Source of the DNA: Callorhinchus milii
Taxonomy: Eukaryota
Assembly: GCF_018977255.1 (NCBI RefSeq)
Contig: NW_024704743.1
Location: 20,214,001 to 20,278,000 of the forward strand
Reading direction: 5' to 3'
Length of the DNA stretch: 64,000 nucleotides
Positions 51,235 through 64,000 of this stretch are shown here, one piece after another. How positions within the stretch are numbered: the stretch's first letter is position 1; each line of letters begins with the position of its first letter. The notes below the pieces were generated by a model that ran no database searches, was not told the origin of the DNA, and saw nothing but the letters and a program-made list of their open reading frames with translations. The position numbers and the translations under genes were made by a program.

Positions 51235-52181
51235 ACGCCACATGTCCATAGACATGAGGTCAACTTCTACATTTTTGCGGATGATACCTAACTGTACCTC
51301 TCCGCTTCCACCCTCGACTCCAGGACCACTGCTGTCCTGACAAAATGTCTGTCAGACATCAAGTACTGGATGAAAGGTAACTTTCTTCAGCTGAACGCTC
51401 CTGATTGGCTCCCGTCAGCGCCTCCTCACCTCAGGCGCTGACAGCATCACCATCCATGGATGCACACTCCACCTTACTAAGCCAGTCCGGAACCTTGGCA
51501 TCTTGTTTGACTCTCAACTATGCTTTCTACCCCACCTCGTGTCATGACCCACTCTGCATTACCCCACCTCCGCAACATCACCCAGCTCCGCAGGCTGCCG
51601 AAACCCTCACACACGCATTAATAACATCGACGCTGGCTATACAAACTCCTTGCATGTTGGCCTCCTCAACTCCTCCCTCGGTGTTTCCGACCCAAGCTGG
51701 GGATCGGGATTGGGGAGGGTGGAGGGCGGGGGGAAGCAGGGAGATCGAAAGCACGGGCGAAGAGGACGGTCTTGAGATGGGTCTCGAAGGAGGCAAGGGA
51801 GGGGGCGAGGCGGAGGAACTGCAGGATGGAGTTCAGGTGAGACCGGGCGACGTGGGGGACGTGAAGCAGGCCGGAGCCCGCTGAGCGGAGAGCGCGGGCC
51901 GGATGGTAGGGGGTTAGGAGGTTGCAGAGATCGGTGGGAGCAATGCCATGGGGGGCTTTGAAAGTGAGGACCAGGATCTTGAACTGTATCCTCCGTGTGA
52001 TGGGAAGCCAGTGGAGATGGGCGAGGATGAGGTTGATAGGGTCACAGAGCCTGGTGTAGGAGAGGACATGGGCTGCAGAGTTCTGGATGATCTGCAGTCT
52101 GTGGAGGGAGGAGTTAGCTAGCGTCTTGGGATGTCCTCCCGACACGAAAGGAGCTATACAAATCTAATTTTGTTGTTGTTG
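51235..52181 (+). mobile_element. L2 LINE 3' fragment with an internally inverted segment (about 51680-52115)
   Basis: FADDT motif on +; the middle reads as L2 on the minus strand (LQIIQNSAAHVLS...LHWLPITRRIQFKIL); the tail is again on +. Confidence 0.88.
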
Positions 52182-53187
52182 ATGAAATACCAGCCAGCGT
52201 TGCTCATTAGCAGCTTTTGGAGATCAGTCATTGGGGGCTGGATTCTTCCCATTTGGCTCCTGTTAATTCTGCAAGCCCAAAGCCCAATAAGTCAGATAGT
52301 CCTTGACTGACACTTGGCAGTGTTTGTAATAGTAAGAGGCACACTTGTAACTGGTTAAACAATATCCCGACACACACCCTGGGATCCCTTAGCCTTCGGG
52401 GGAAAAGAAGGTACATATTCCACACCAGATAAACAGAAACATCATTCACACATGGCCTCTCAGCAGTTTGGTTTGGATACTCTTAATCATGGTGCTGGAT
52501 TTCCACATGGGTCGGACATTTCACTGACTCAATAAATTATACGTAATATGCTACTCGTTTTGTTAAATTTAGGCAAACATGTGCTACAAAGAAAACAGAA
52601 ACTACATTTTTACAGAAAACTTCACTAGTGCATAATTATCACCCGTTTTACATATTCAAGGATGAGCTCAACTACCTTTAGCTGAGCAATGACAAATCAT
52701 GGATGACTTTTTCCTCTGGTAGAGATATCCATTATCAATTTCCATAACAATTTCCTATGTGTTCATATTACATTTTTAACATACATCTTCAAATCCTAGT
52801 CTGATCATGGAATTGCTGCAATAAACTGACAATTAAAATAGTGCATTTCGCCCATAAAATACACCGTCACTACACTTTACAGTTTACTGTGAAGCGCTTT
52901 GAGACGTCTCGAAGACGTGATAAGGCGCTATATCAAGTGCAAGGATTATTGTCATTATTATTGTAGAATTGAAAATATATCCCTCAATCAGAAGTCCTTG
53001 ACCAACGCATATCTATTTGAGCTGCGTAACAGAACGATGGGTTACATCACCAAAATATTGAGTTTAGATTCCCAGAAGTCCTACTTCAAGCTGTAGAGTG
53101 TGCTAGTCAAAGAGCACCAAGAGTACTGTACTCAGTTCTGATTGCCATGTTGTATCATGAGAAACTGTCCAATCCCTTAAGGGAGGA

Positions 53188-53586
53188 CAGTAAAACTCAC
53201 ACAAGTCGTATCAGCTGTTATCATAACATTCAATATGATTTACACAAAGTCCGAGTTGCAAGCAAACCTGCGCAAGTCATATAAAATCCGATTTAATCAA
53301 TAATCCACACTGCGCATGCGTAATTCAATCCAGCCGGTAAGTAATGTGTCAAGATTACGTTTCTCGCGTTTCAAATGCAGTCAGCCGGCTGCATTAGAAC
53401 AGCCTATGTGTCGATGGGTAAGGATGTCATTCAATGCAGCCAGTAAATTCAGAAGTAATGGAGGACAAGGGAGCTGTGTTACGAGTTAGGAGATGATTAA
53501 TACGTCTAGCGCGAAGAAATTTAAGTGGTTTTGATAGGAAACTGAATGGGACTCAGGTGCATGTATGACTTATGTGAGTTTTACTG
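53188..53586. mobile_element. Tc1/mariner-pogo (Tigger-like) MITE, about 400 bp
   Basis: TIRs cagtaaaactcacacaagtcgta / tatgacttatgtgagttttactg (21 of 23 matching); TA immediately 3' of the right TIR; no ORF. Confidence 0.8.
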
Positions 53587-53911
53587 TATAGTAGAAAGCA
53601 ACAATTTGATTTTCAGGGATGAGTTATGGGAAAGGAGTAGATAAGTAAGGGCTTTTCAGCCTTGAAAAAGATATCTCAAAGGGGATCTTGCAGAGGTTTA
53701 TATTAAAAAGAAAGTAAACCGAGAACACTACTTTAAGATACACCTAGACAGAAGTATAAAAATGCACAGGTTAAGGATCATTCAGAGCAATTTTAGAAGA
53801 CACCAGAGGTTTACATAGAGGTTAACACGAGGAATGGGAATAGAGGTAGGTTGGTAGAGGTTAGAATAATGGATGAGATGGTTTAGAGTTGAAATAGGAC
53901 AAGGTGTGGAG

Positions 53912-54412
53912 TTTCCTTACTCCACATACCTGATAATAATCGCTCAAGAAAAAATAAATAATAATTTGGTCACTCAATCCACGACTGCTTGTGGGACACT
54001 ACTGTGCGCAATTGACTGCCGCAGTACTGGGTCCGGCCTCCTCCGTGTCCCCCGAATTCAACACTCCACCATCGGCAGCCGTGCCTTCAGCCACTATACC
54101 CCGAAACTTTGGAACTCCCTCCCTCAACCCGTTCGTCTCACCCCCTCCTTCCCCATCTTCAGGTCGCGCTTGAAGACCTTTCTTTTCTACAGTCACCTTC
54201 CCCCTCCCCCTGGCTCAGCCTTGGGTTTCGCCATTGTTAAGCACTCTTGAGACGCCGCCCTGCGTGGAGGGCACTATATAAGTGCAAGTTTTTATTGTTG
54301 CTGTGTTTCGCCCAAAAATACACAGTCAATGCACTTTACAGTCTATTCTGTGAAGCGCTTTGAGACATCTTGAAAATGTGATAAGGCGCTATATCAAATG
54401 CAAGTATTATTA
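53912..54412 (+). mobile_element. SINE split by an L2 3' fragment (54023-54299)
   Basis: The SINE body breaks at aattgactgccgc and resumes at gctgtgtttcgcccaaaaatacacagtc; the insert is L2 3' sequence ending gcactatataagtgcaagtttttattgtt. Confidence 0.82.
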
Positions 54413-54819
54413 TATATATTTATTACGATCAAATGGGCGAAAGGGCCTTCTTCAACTAAATTTAATTAAGATAAAGAAGTCCCTTTGTGTGATCTTATAA
54501 GTTTGACTTCTTCCCATTCCTATGGACTTCGCTAGTAACAGACTTCAGAGTTAAACATGTGTGCAGACCTGGGAAGTGGGGCACATATGGCAATTAATCT
54601 AGTTTCATACAAAACTCAAGAGCCAGTTAAGTATAACAGGGCAGGTGTGAGTGAGATGGCACGGGCAAATTAAGTTTAATTTGTGCAGCCACAACACTAT
54701 AATTTTGCTTTTATAACAGTACCATATGGCAGACATATTGAAGGGTTATAGCCCTGGAACTCAAACTAACAATCTTCTGGCTGGAAAGCAAAGTCCTAGA
54801 ACTTGACCAGAGAATTGTA

Positions 54820-55010
54820 CAATGAAAGAGAGAGAGAGAGAAAGCACAGCCGGGAGAGGAGGAGGAGACAGGGAAAACGGGAAAGAGGTGAAAGGGAAAG
54901 AGAAGTCAGAAACAGCAAAGGAGGAAGACAGAAACAGAAGGAGGGAGAGACAAACAGTGAGAAGGATAGACTGAAGTCGTGAAAGAGGAAAAGAACAGCA
55001 AAAGATGCAT
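54820..55010. repeat. Purine-rich (GA) low-complexity tract
   Basis: gagagagagag...ggagaggaggaggagacagggaaaacgggaaagagg... Confidence 0.8.
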
Positions 55011-58000
55011 GAACAGATCGGGGTGATCTGTGTAAATTCATCTTCTTCTCTTTGCAAAATATCTTTATGTTAGCTAATAAATTTGAACTCACAAGAACTT
55101 AAGAACGCATAGAAATGAGAAACAACTATATATACCATAAAACATATCGAGGAAAAAGGTCTTTGCTCTTCAAAGGTTATTATAATAATAGAAATAATCC
55201 CCTCAAAAAAATTGTAAAAAATAATAATTTGGTCATTCAATCCTCGACTCTTTGTGGGACACTGCTGTGCTCAATTGGCTGCTGCGTTTTGCCCACACAA
55301 TATACAGTCAATTCACTTTACAGTAAATTCTGTGAAGCGCCTTAAGACGTCTCTATATCAAATGCAAGGATGATTATTATTAAACAAACACCATGTTATC
55401 TATGCATTCCCACATCTCAGCAATTCAACTCTTGCCTGAACCACACAAACCATTCTGCTCAGCAGAGTAGTCATGAAATCTCATTGAGTCATTTAATTGA
55501 TCATCTCTGTCTACACTTTGAATCTGAGTTTCCAAATATTTGTCTTGTACTATTTTGAAGCAGTTCATTAACACTATATCAACTACTTTTTAAAGGAGAA
55601 CATTTCCTACAAAATTCTGGATGCGAAACATTCTTGTAACAGTCTTGTTAATTTATCTCTGTGCTCATATTCCAAACTAAATCTCACACCTAGATTATTT
55701 ATGCCTCTCAGCAATGTACAGATCTGGATCATATTCCCTCATAATCTCTTCCCCAATAAAATAAAGTTCAGCTCTGCAAGTCTCTTCTTGTAACTTAGAC
55801 CCTCAAATCCTGGAATTATCTTCACATTTAATATTTAACTCAGAATTTTAGAGTAAGGCATATTTTTTGGTATCACGCATAACTAACCTTTTCCTTAAAG
55901 TAATTTGTGGATTACTCCAAAAATTGCTACAGCGTTTCCTAATGAGTTATTCACTTTCAGTCATGTGAGTTAGAGAAAAGGTAGATTGAATTACTCTTCT
56001 TTAGAAGAAATTGTCATTCTTCAGATTAAATTATCCTCCGTTGGCCACAGGAAAAGATGTCATGAGCAAACCACAAAGACATTAGTCTCTTTTAAATACT
56101 TTCATTCACATGACTTTCCCATTCAACTCACCACAAAGGGAATATCCCCCTCCCCACGTAGCCACATTCGGCTTTTTTTTCAACTGCAGCTTGATTTAGC
56201 AAGTAGGCAAAGATAGTGCTATCCCAAATGAATTTAAAATAATATACTGTTGGGTAGGCTCCCGCACCAATTCAGTGTATTGAGCCACATTGATCAACCA
56301 CAACGACAACTTGGATTATATAGAGCCCTTTACCTGGGGTAGAGTCCCGGAGCGCTTGATCAGAGGCTCAAAATTATTCCTCGTCTTAGCCTTGAGACTT
56401 AAAATTTTAAAATGATGAAAAACTTTTGAAAAGTCTTAAATTCAGTCTTATTTTGAGGGCTGCCTTTCCAAAATAATCCCCCAAAAGTGCAGAAAAACAG
56501 TTTCCAAATTAAGTTTTTCATAATTCAGTGTGATCTTTAATTTTAAGACAATGGTCTTTAAGTGTAATAACACAATGAATCATTTCACCCTCAGGAAGGC
56601 TTCACATTTATCCTTAACATTAAGATGATCTGAACTGCAGCAGTGGTAGACTGCCTAATGCTCTTGCTTAAAGAAAACAATATATATCAGCGGGGTTCCT
56701 GCTCTGCTCCCGATTGCTATTCAGTGTCTAGCGTGTGTGCTTGTACGTATGCCCATGCACAAGAGAGAGTGTAAAGAATAAGTAAGTATTTGACGGTTGC
56801 TGACACCCTCAAACACCAGGCACTGCTTTTAGAAGAGGAAAACAATGAGAAAAACAAAACAAAAACAACTGAGTAAGAGAAACCTAACTATAATAATAAT
56901 AATAATCCTTGCATTTGATACAGCCCTTTTCATGTCTTCTAGAATTCTATGATTAACAATAGGGAAAAGAAGTAACCCTGCATGACATTTTAATACTAAC
57001 CCAAGAATCCAAACAATACAGCTTGATTGTTATGGGAAACAAACACATCAAAGAAGTTTCCCTCTTTTCGTGCATTTATCACCTTTTCTTTGTATCGTAT
57101 TATATTAAATCATACCAAGTGCTTGAGAGGAGATAGGCAGAATCTTATACGTTTAAAGTAGAATCAATATCATAACAGGCAAAAACAATAAATACCTTTT
57201 CATAATTCTCTCTGTATCATGTCCACCCCATGCAAGCTCACAGGCATAGAAAGCAGATGTTGAATGAGCAGAGACAGACAGAGCGATTGTGCAACATGGG
57301 AAACAAGAGACAGAGCATGCACAAGCAGAGAAGGGATAAGTGAGAGGAGGAGCACATGTGGACAAGGAAATAAAGGGGCAGTGCGCACCTGGGAAGAGCC
57401 AGAAGGTTGCTATATAATAATCCTTGCATTAGATATAGTGTCTTAATGTAATAATAATAATCCTTGCACTTTATCACACCAGACGTATCAAAGCTTCACA
57501 AAATTGACTGTGAAATGGAGGGACTTGTGTACTTCTTGGCAAACGGGCAGCACAATTGCACAGAGCAATATTCCTTCCCTTTTCAAATAGTGCCATGGGA
57601 TCTTTCCGTCCACCTGAATACACCCCCAGCACCGAACTGTGCCATCTTAGATTATGTAAGTTCAGCTCCCGATATGGGACTTGAATCCACAAACTTCTGA
57701 CTCAGGGGCAAGAGTGAGCCAAGCTGACACAAGTGTCATCACGTCATCAAGTACTTCATAGGAATTGCTGTATTTTGTAAGTAAATGCAGCAGCCAATTT
57801 GGACACAATGTCCCACAAACAGCCATGAAATAAATGACCAATTTTATTTGAGAGATTTTCGCCAGGACATCAGGTGAAATTTCCTTCATTTTCGAATAGG
57901 GCCATGGGATCTTTAACGTCCATCTGAAAGGGCAGACTGGACCTCAGTTTAACATCTCACTAATTTATAATATATGTTCAAAATCTACAAAAAAAATGTC

Positions 58001-60990
58001 AAAGTGTGTCTTCTTAAAGAACATTACGTAACCAAAAGATTAATTCTGAAAGGCTTTCTCTAAAATTTCACCATCTTTTTCTTCTTCCCATTCTAGTATT
58101 GGCCTACCTAGTCACCTTATCTTAGCATTAAAATTACATTAAGATACAACTTTCATTACCAAATGACCAACCTAAAAACCTCTGAAATACAACTTTGGCC
58201 TGGCCAACTGCTGGTTACACTGATTTCTTCCCTTCCATACTTGCTGTAACATATATCACAGTAATTCCAGTTAAATAACTAGACAGCTCTAAGCTTGCCT
58301 GCAATGCTCTGTCTCATAAGATTCATTGACTACGTTGCAGCTGTTACCTGGTAAAACCCTAGACAGTAAAATTCTCTTTGATTTTTTTGTATGCATATAA
58401 AAGCGACATGAATCAGTGTTCCCAACCTGTTTGGTACAAAGCCCGTTAATCATTTCCTCATCTTTTCTAAGACACATGGGACAGCTTATCTAACTTCAGT
58501 CCTTTTACCACATGCTGTCAGGCACCACAATAATTAGAAAGGTCTGCTAGCATCAACCCACCTGTCTGTTGTTTTGTTTCCTACCTGAGTGTAGACAGTA
58601 AATCCCCTATCAGACTACTATCACGGTTTGAATACGAGAGATTAGTGACCACAGAGGGAAACGGATTCAGTTTACATGCTCAGGGTTGAATGAATGATAT
58701 TACTTTACAAATAAGTCATTCAAGCTTTCCCTGCCTCTACTTTAGCACTGCGGTAGTTAATAATCATATTACAGTCTGGTCAGCTTGGCAGACAGTTAAA
58801 TTCGTGACTTTTTCTGTAGAAGAACGAGTCAGATGTTAGTCACACAACGTAGTGCAAGCACTTGTGGGACAGAAATGAGAGCTAAGCCTGGAGCTACAAA
58901 TGCAGCACGGAAAATGGGTCAAAGAACAGATGTGGGAAGCCAGAAAGAGAATGCTGGTACAGGTAACTGGGTCAGAACCTGGGATCTCTCATTAGATTAA
59001 AATCTAAACTGGTTTAAGCAAATATCTGATGAAAACCAACAGATTAATACCATATATCAACAGGCATGCAAGATCATTCACTGCATCTAACATTCTAACA
59101 TCTACATCTTATCTGGATACAACAACACTGGTTGAATCAAAGATTTTGATTGCATTTAAAACAGTTAATACAAGCACTTCAGGCAACTGTTGCAAATGAA
59201 AAAAATTCTGAAAACTGCACAACCAGAAAAATAAAACTATTAAAACTATTTCAGGAACATTCAGAAAAAAACTTTTTTTAAAAAAAAACCTACGGAAATA
59301 GATCAATTGGGTATTCAATAGAGGCATGAAGCAGTCAGCAAAGGGGCCTTTTCAGGTCTAGGAAGAACCTTTGTATGGCACAGCAACATAAATATTCATC
59401 AGTTTTGTTTTGAATAGTGATACATACTAATTGGGAAGCAAAGTGGTTTCAATTTGTCCAAAACAAAATTACTGATTTACCAAATCAAGGGAACAAACCA
59501 TGGTTACATTTGGTAATCCAATTGTTTTGAAAATATGAAAGGGAGCAAGTTCTACTCATAGTTGATTTTAGTTTTAGAATTGGGTTACTGTTATTTGACT
59601 TATGGTATTTTGATAAATGAATATTAAGGTTAGTAAATTACTGCTTCTTTTATAATTATTTTCTTGAAACAAAATGGACCCTTTGACCAATGTGATACCA
59701 CATTTCAAAAGGAACATTGGTTAACAAATTAAGAATGGCATTTTTCTGAATAACAAAATCAATTGCTCTGACAGGAAAAAAATTACTTTTTAACTATACT
59801 ATTTCCAAATAATTAATCTAATAAATTTAGACACAGGTTTTTGTTATGGATTAATGCAATCATGTTTTGCTTCTCAAGTAGTAAATTACTGTTAAAGAAA
59901 ATGACTGATGAATGTGTACATTGCAGAAGCCAAACAGAGGTTCTTCGAAGGCCGAAACCACCCTTGTTCAAGAATGACCCATTCCCAATTACAGATTGTG
60001 AATTTGCAAACTTTATAGATCACAGAATTACATTAAATCTTATGCACAAGTTACTTCTTCAATATCCCATTACGTAACACAACAAAAAAGAGCAATTGTG
60101 GAGGTTAATGAAATAGTGGTACTTGTAATGATTTTAAACTTTGAACAATAAATATAAGTTTTATTCAAAAACTGGGGGAATTTCTATGGTTCACAGACAT
60201 TAATAAATGTATTATTAAATGTGTTGATAACTAATACATAAATTAAGTTTTGCTGTACTGAGCTTGGTAGACATTTAGTATCAGCTTCACATACATCTGA
60301 AATAAACACCTGCAGTTTGTTCTTTTGTAATATTTCGATAAAAAGCACACTAAATATGACACCTTGAATTGGCATAGAATTCGAAAACATGGTCAGTAAT
60401 GAACATTATACCTGAAAAAAATCACGAGGGTATCTCAATCCCATGTTTTGGATATCAGAGCCTTTGGAGCATTTCTAAAATGAGTTCAGTGTCTAACATT
60501 TTCTATTCAGTGTTTAATAAATAAGACTTTTAATTCATAGTTTAATCAGTATGCATCACAAATAACATTTAAACAATGGATTTGTTTTTCATAATCTGAT
60601 CAAAAACATCCGATCCACGAGGACTGGACTATAATTACTCTGTAAAATGTAAAGCATCTTCCCAACTAAGTACACAAATGTCCTTTCACAACTCGGAAGG
60701 GCTTTACTACATAGTTTTGTACTGTGATATTGTCTTCCTGTGATCACATTACAGTAGCACTAACCTCTGAGTACTAGAATCCTTGTACAACTGATCAATT
60801 ACAGCTGTTGATTCGGTGATTGGAACTCTCCCACATCTGCTTCTTGCTTAGTTAGTTAATGGTTCACTTCCAGGTCCTAAAATAACTGCAGCTTTTTCAG
60901 ACACTGTCTAACCCCATCTATGCTGCCCTTACACTGCCTGTCTTGTTTGGTTTTGTCACTCAATATACAATGCAAATCCAAGTGACTCAC

Positions 60991-61110
60991 ATCTGCTACT
61001 GATCGACCCAATTCGTGAGCAATCTTTTCCCATCGACCTGGAGTACCCCCTGGGAACTTAACCATACTTCTTGTCAGCTGGCCAAGGTCCTCTTCTGTCC
61101 ACTCAGGTGC
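60991..61110 (-). CDS. DNAJC1: DNAJC1 exon encoding SANT/Myb repeat 1 (the gene continues beyond the window end)
   Basis: Minus strand ttacag|GCA CCT GAG TGG...GCA GAT|gtgag; 120 nt, phase 0 to 0; APEWTEEDLGQLTRSMVKFPGGTPGRWEKIAHELGRSVAD. Confidence 0.96.
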
Positions 61111-64000
61111 CTGTAATGATGTCCAAAAAAGTGGGGAGATAAAGTCAGAAAAAAAAGCAATCAAACCAATCAAAGAACACGTAAAATAGGAACATTTCAT
61201 AATGTTAACTAATTTAATTACCACAATAAATTCTGCTGTAGAAATCGTTTTATTTCAAACCATTTTGAAAATGATTGTTAATGAGAGAATCAGTAGATGT
61301 GAATTTTTTTTGCTGTAATAACGTTGCCAATAGAATTTTTTTTTTTTAAAAAATCCCTGAAGATATAAATGCTTCATATATAATCATCTCTGACCCCAGT
61401 AATGAACAACCATGCATCATGGGGTTTGTATTACTAAGCCGTCACTGCAGAATGCAGTCACAGAGGTGAGTGACCCCAGGGACCATCTCCACAGCTACGG
61501 CAAAGCCTCTTGCTGACACTAATCCTCCCTGTCATTCTCCCACTGTGCTCAAACCATACTGACATCCGCCTGCTGCATTGCAAGATTAACAGGGCCTTCC
61601 TGACTTTTTCACTGCTGCCCCTAATCAATGGTTCAAGCATACTCCTTTCACCATGTCCAAATGGCAGCTTCAGTCATAATCAAAGCACACAACCCAGTAA
61701 AGGGTTTCTCGGCGGGCCTACTCATTTGCATTAATTTGCAAAGCAAACTACGTTATTCAGTGGGTTCTGTACTGCTGCTATCAAGAATGTTCCCTGAAGC
61801 AGATAAGTGGGCATAAATATGACCTGCCACTTAAAGCCAGTATACAATTGTCATACATGGTCAGTAATGTTTCGGCTTTTTCACCTCTTCCGCAATGTTA
61901 AATCCATTTATCCTTTTAATCCGGTTTGTAATAATGATTTTTTTAAAAAGATAACTAATTTTTTAAATATGTACAATTGTACCCAACCTGCCTTAAGCAA
62001 ACAAGATATAATACTCTGTGTATATTTTAAATTCTATCTTATTCAGTTGAAACTGAAGAAATGTAACACATCAACATGCGTGAGTAAATCTTAACCATTT
62101 AAAACGTAATAATTGTAAAAACAACAGCAGTCCGCATTTTAAACCTGGGATCAAATTCTGAAAACAAAACTCCTCAAAATAGTCACCAAAATGTCCTATA
62201 ATTATTTGGGGATCGCTTACACAACAGTATTAAAAACTACCCGTAATTGTGGGACTTTTTTAAATAATCAAAAGGGAATTTGAGAGCCTCATTGTTACTC
62301 ATTATAAATAATCAAACCACCAAACTACAAAAGGGATCATCATATTGGAACCCAAACCTTTTTCTTCTAGAATAAAATCAGAGTAAAATTATAGTTCTGA
62401 ACCCTCAAGCACATAAGTTCTAACCAAAAACAGATTATAAATACGTTTCACAATCTTGAAATTTTGCAGGAAAAGGATCAATAAAGTAGGACAGTAATTG
62501 TTGCTCAAACAGGATAATTTTACATGTTGCTTATAACCTTGAAATTCAATACAAAAAGAATGCAAATCTATTTTCTATTCACATTTAAAGAGTTCCTAAT
62601 GGATCTTTTTGAAAGGATCGAGTTATCAAACAAATATTCATTGATACAGTATTTGACTCATTGGGTTTCTTGGGTAAGAGCATTTAAACAAGGGCTACAT
62701 TTTCTTGAAAATGTTGGTATTTATTCTGTAAAACCAAAGGCTGTAGTTGCAATTCATCAGCTGATAAAATCCTTGCCCAGTTTACACTGCCGATCAGATT
62801 ATATTTGGACTCCATTGATCTGAACTGACTTCGATCTCTCTAATGTTTACACTGCACCTTTGCCCTAAACCGGGGTCACATCACACAGTATCAAATTACA
62901 GTCCAGCATATGTGCTTAATGCAAAGTGGGGCCACAGTGGAGCACGGATTCAAATGAGACGTGTTTATATCGGCTGAATTTCAATTTAGTCACTCTGGAG
63001 CACTTTTAAACTGCCATTAAGGTTGAGAGCTTCTACTTCAAACATCTCAGTAAATAGTCTTAGTCGTAGTTTAATGTAAATTAATCAGTTAACTCCAGCA
63101 ATAAACTAAATGAAACATTTTATGTATACAAGTGCAATTATCAAGTTCAAACTGATGTATGAATTAGTACTGGTTTGATCACAGAATTTAATGTAAACCA
63201 ATACAATATTCGATTTCATCTTATCTAAAATATGCCCATGTGGTACAACCTAAGTAGCGAGAAGAAGAATTATTTTTAGAAAAGCAATTCTGTTTAAGTA
63301 GACATGCAAAATATTTTATTTATATTACAATTTTCGTTGGAGGTATTTTTTAAAACGGCAGAAAATTGTCCATTGGCAAATAGATTGGTTGGTACTACTG
63401 TAGACAATTAAAGGATTCCAACTCAAGGTAGCAAAATAATCAGTTAACTAATATAGTATTTAATAAGGTCCAAATAATAATGTCATTTTACAAACTTCTA
63501 TTTTGGAAAGTGGAAAGATTTCACCATTGGTTAATTAGCTATGTGGAAGCAAAAATTCACATTTATGTAGCATTCTAGACTGGGTTACATGCAACACAGA
63601 CCCAATTCGTTATGAATTTGAGTCAAGCTATTTTTTTCAATGATGTAATAATAACCCTTGCATTTGATATAGCGCCTTATCACGACTTCAAGACATCTCA
63701 ACCCGCTTCACAGAATATGCTGTAAAATGAATTGACTGTATATTTTGTGGGCAAAATATTTTGTGGGATATTTTTCTAAAAAGAATATCCAGCATAAAAA
63801 AAAGCCGCCTAAAACTATATGAATACAGCTAAAGAACATCCAAAACTTTGTGCTCTTCAGGAAGTATCGCAGTATGGTATAATCAGCCAGTAACTAGTTA
63901 ACCAGGGACAGCCACAATTCTGTTAAACCAGAATGGCTGCAATCCATCCTGAGTGATTAATTAAGAATTCCAGAGCAACAGCTAACTGAGTCTCCAGACA

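Noticed and set aside
54761..55092. Hydrophobic Leu/Ser/Phe-rich minus-strand ORFs
   Set aside because: Translation of a GA/CT low-complexity tract
1..64000. Prokaryotic-type systems (CRISPR arrays, operons, defence islands) or a domesticated transposon gene
   Set aside because: The sequence is spliced vertebrate DNA; I saw no regularly spaced repeats and no long intact non-host ORFs

Overview
AT-rich, intron-rich vertebrate genomic DNA, most likely from a cartilaginous fish. That assignment is inferred from the repeats: tRNA-Ala/Deu-domain SINEs with L2-type tails, L2 LINEs and HER1-like CR1 LINEs. The window holds the 3' halves of two convergent genes. MLLT10/AF10 (+ strand) has nine coding exons from 5721 to the TGA at 31511-31513, including the EQLLERQW octapeptide and leucine zipper (OM-LZ, DOT1L-binding). 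DNAJC1 (- strand) has four coding exons from 61110 down to the stop at 44614-44616, including two SANT/Myb repeats. All exons were read by hand with GT-AG boundaries and consistent phases. Most other sequence is decayed, often nested retroelements plus at least one pogo/Tigger-like MITE, and nearly all ORFs in the supplied track are repeat-derived or spurious. I found no convincing new biological system. The best leads are (1) a repeat-poor, CpG-retaining block in the MLLT10 intron (about 3.55-4.7 kb) with a cluster of splice acceptors, UG repeats and candidate alternative or poison exons; (2) an L2 copy with an internal inversion bounded by a 12-bp inverted duplication; (3) SINE variants with an enlarged tRNA arm or an L2-type tail; and (4) possible ancient DIRS-like remnants. 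Repeat coordinates are approximate unless a TSD or TIR is given.
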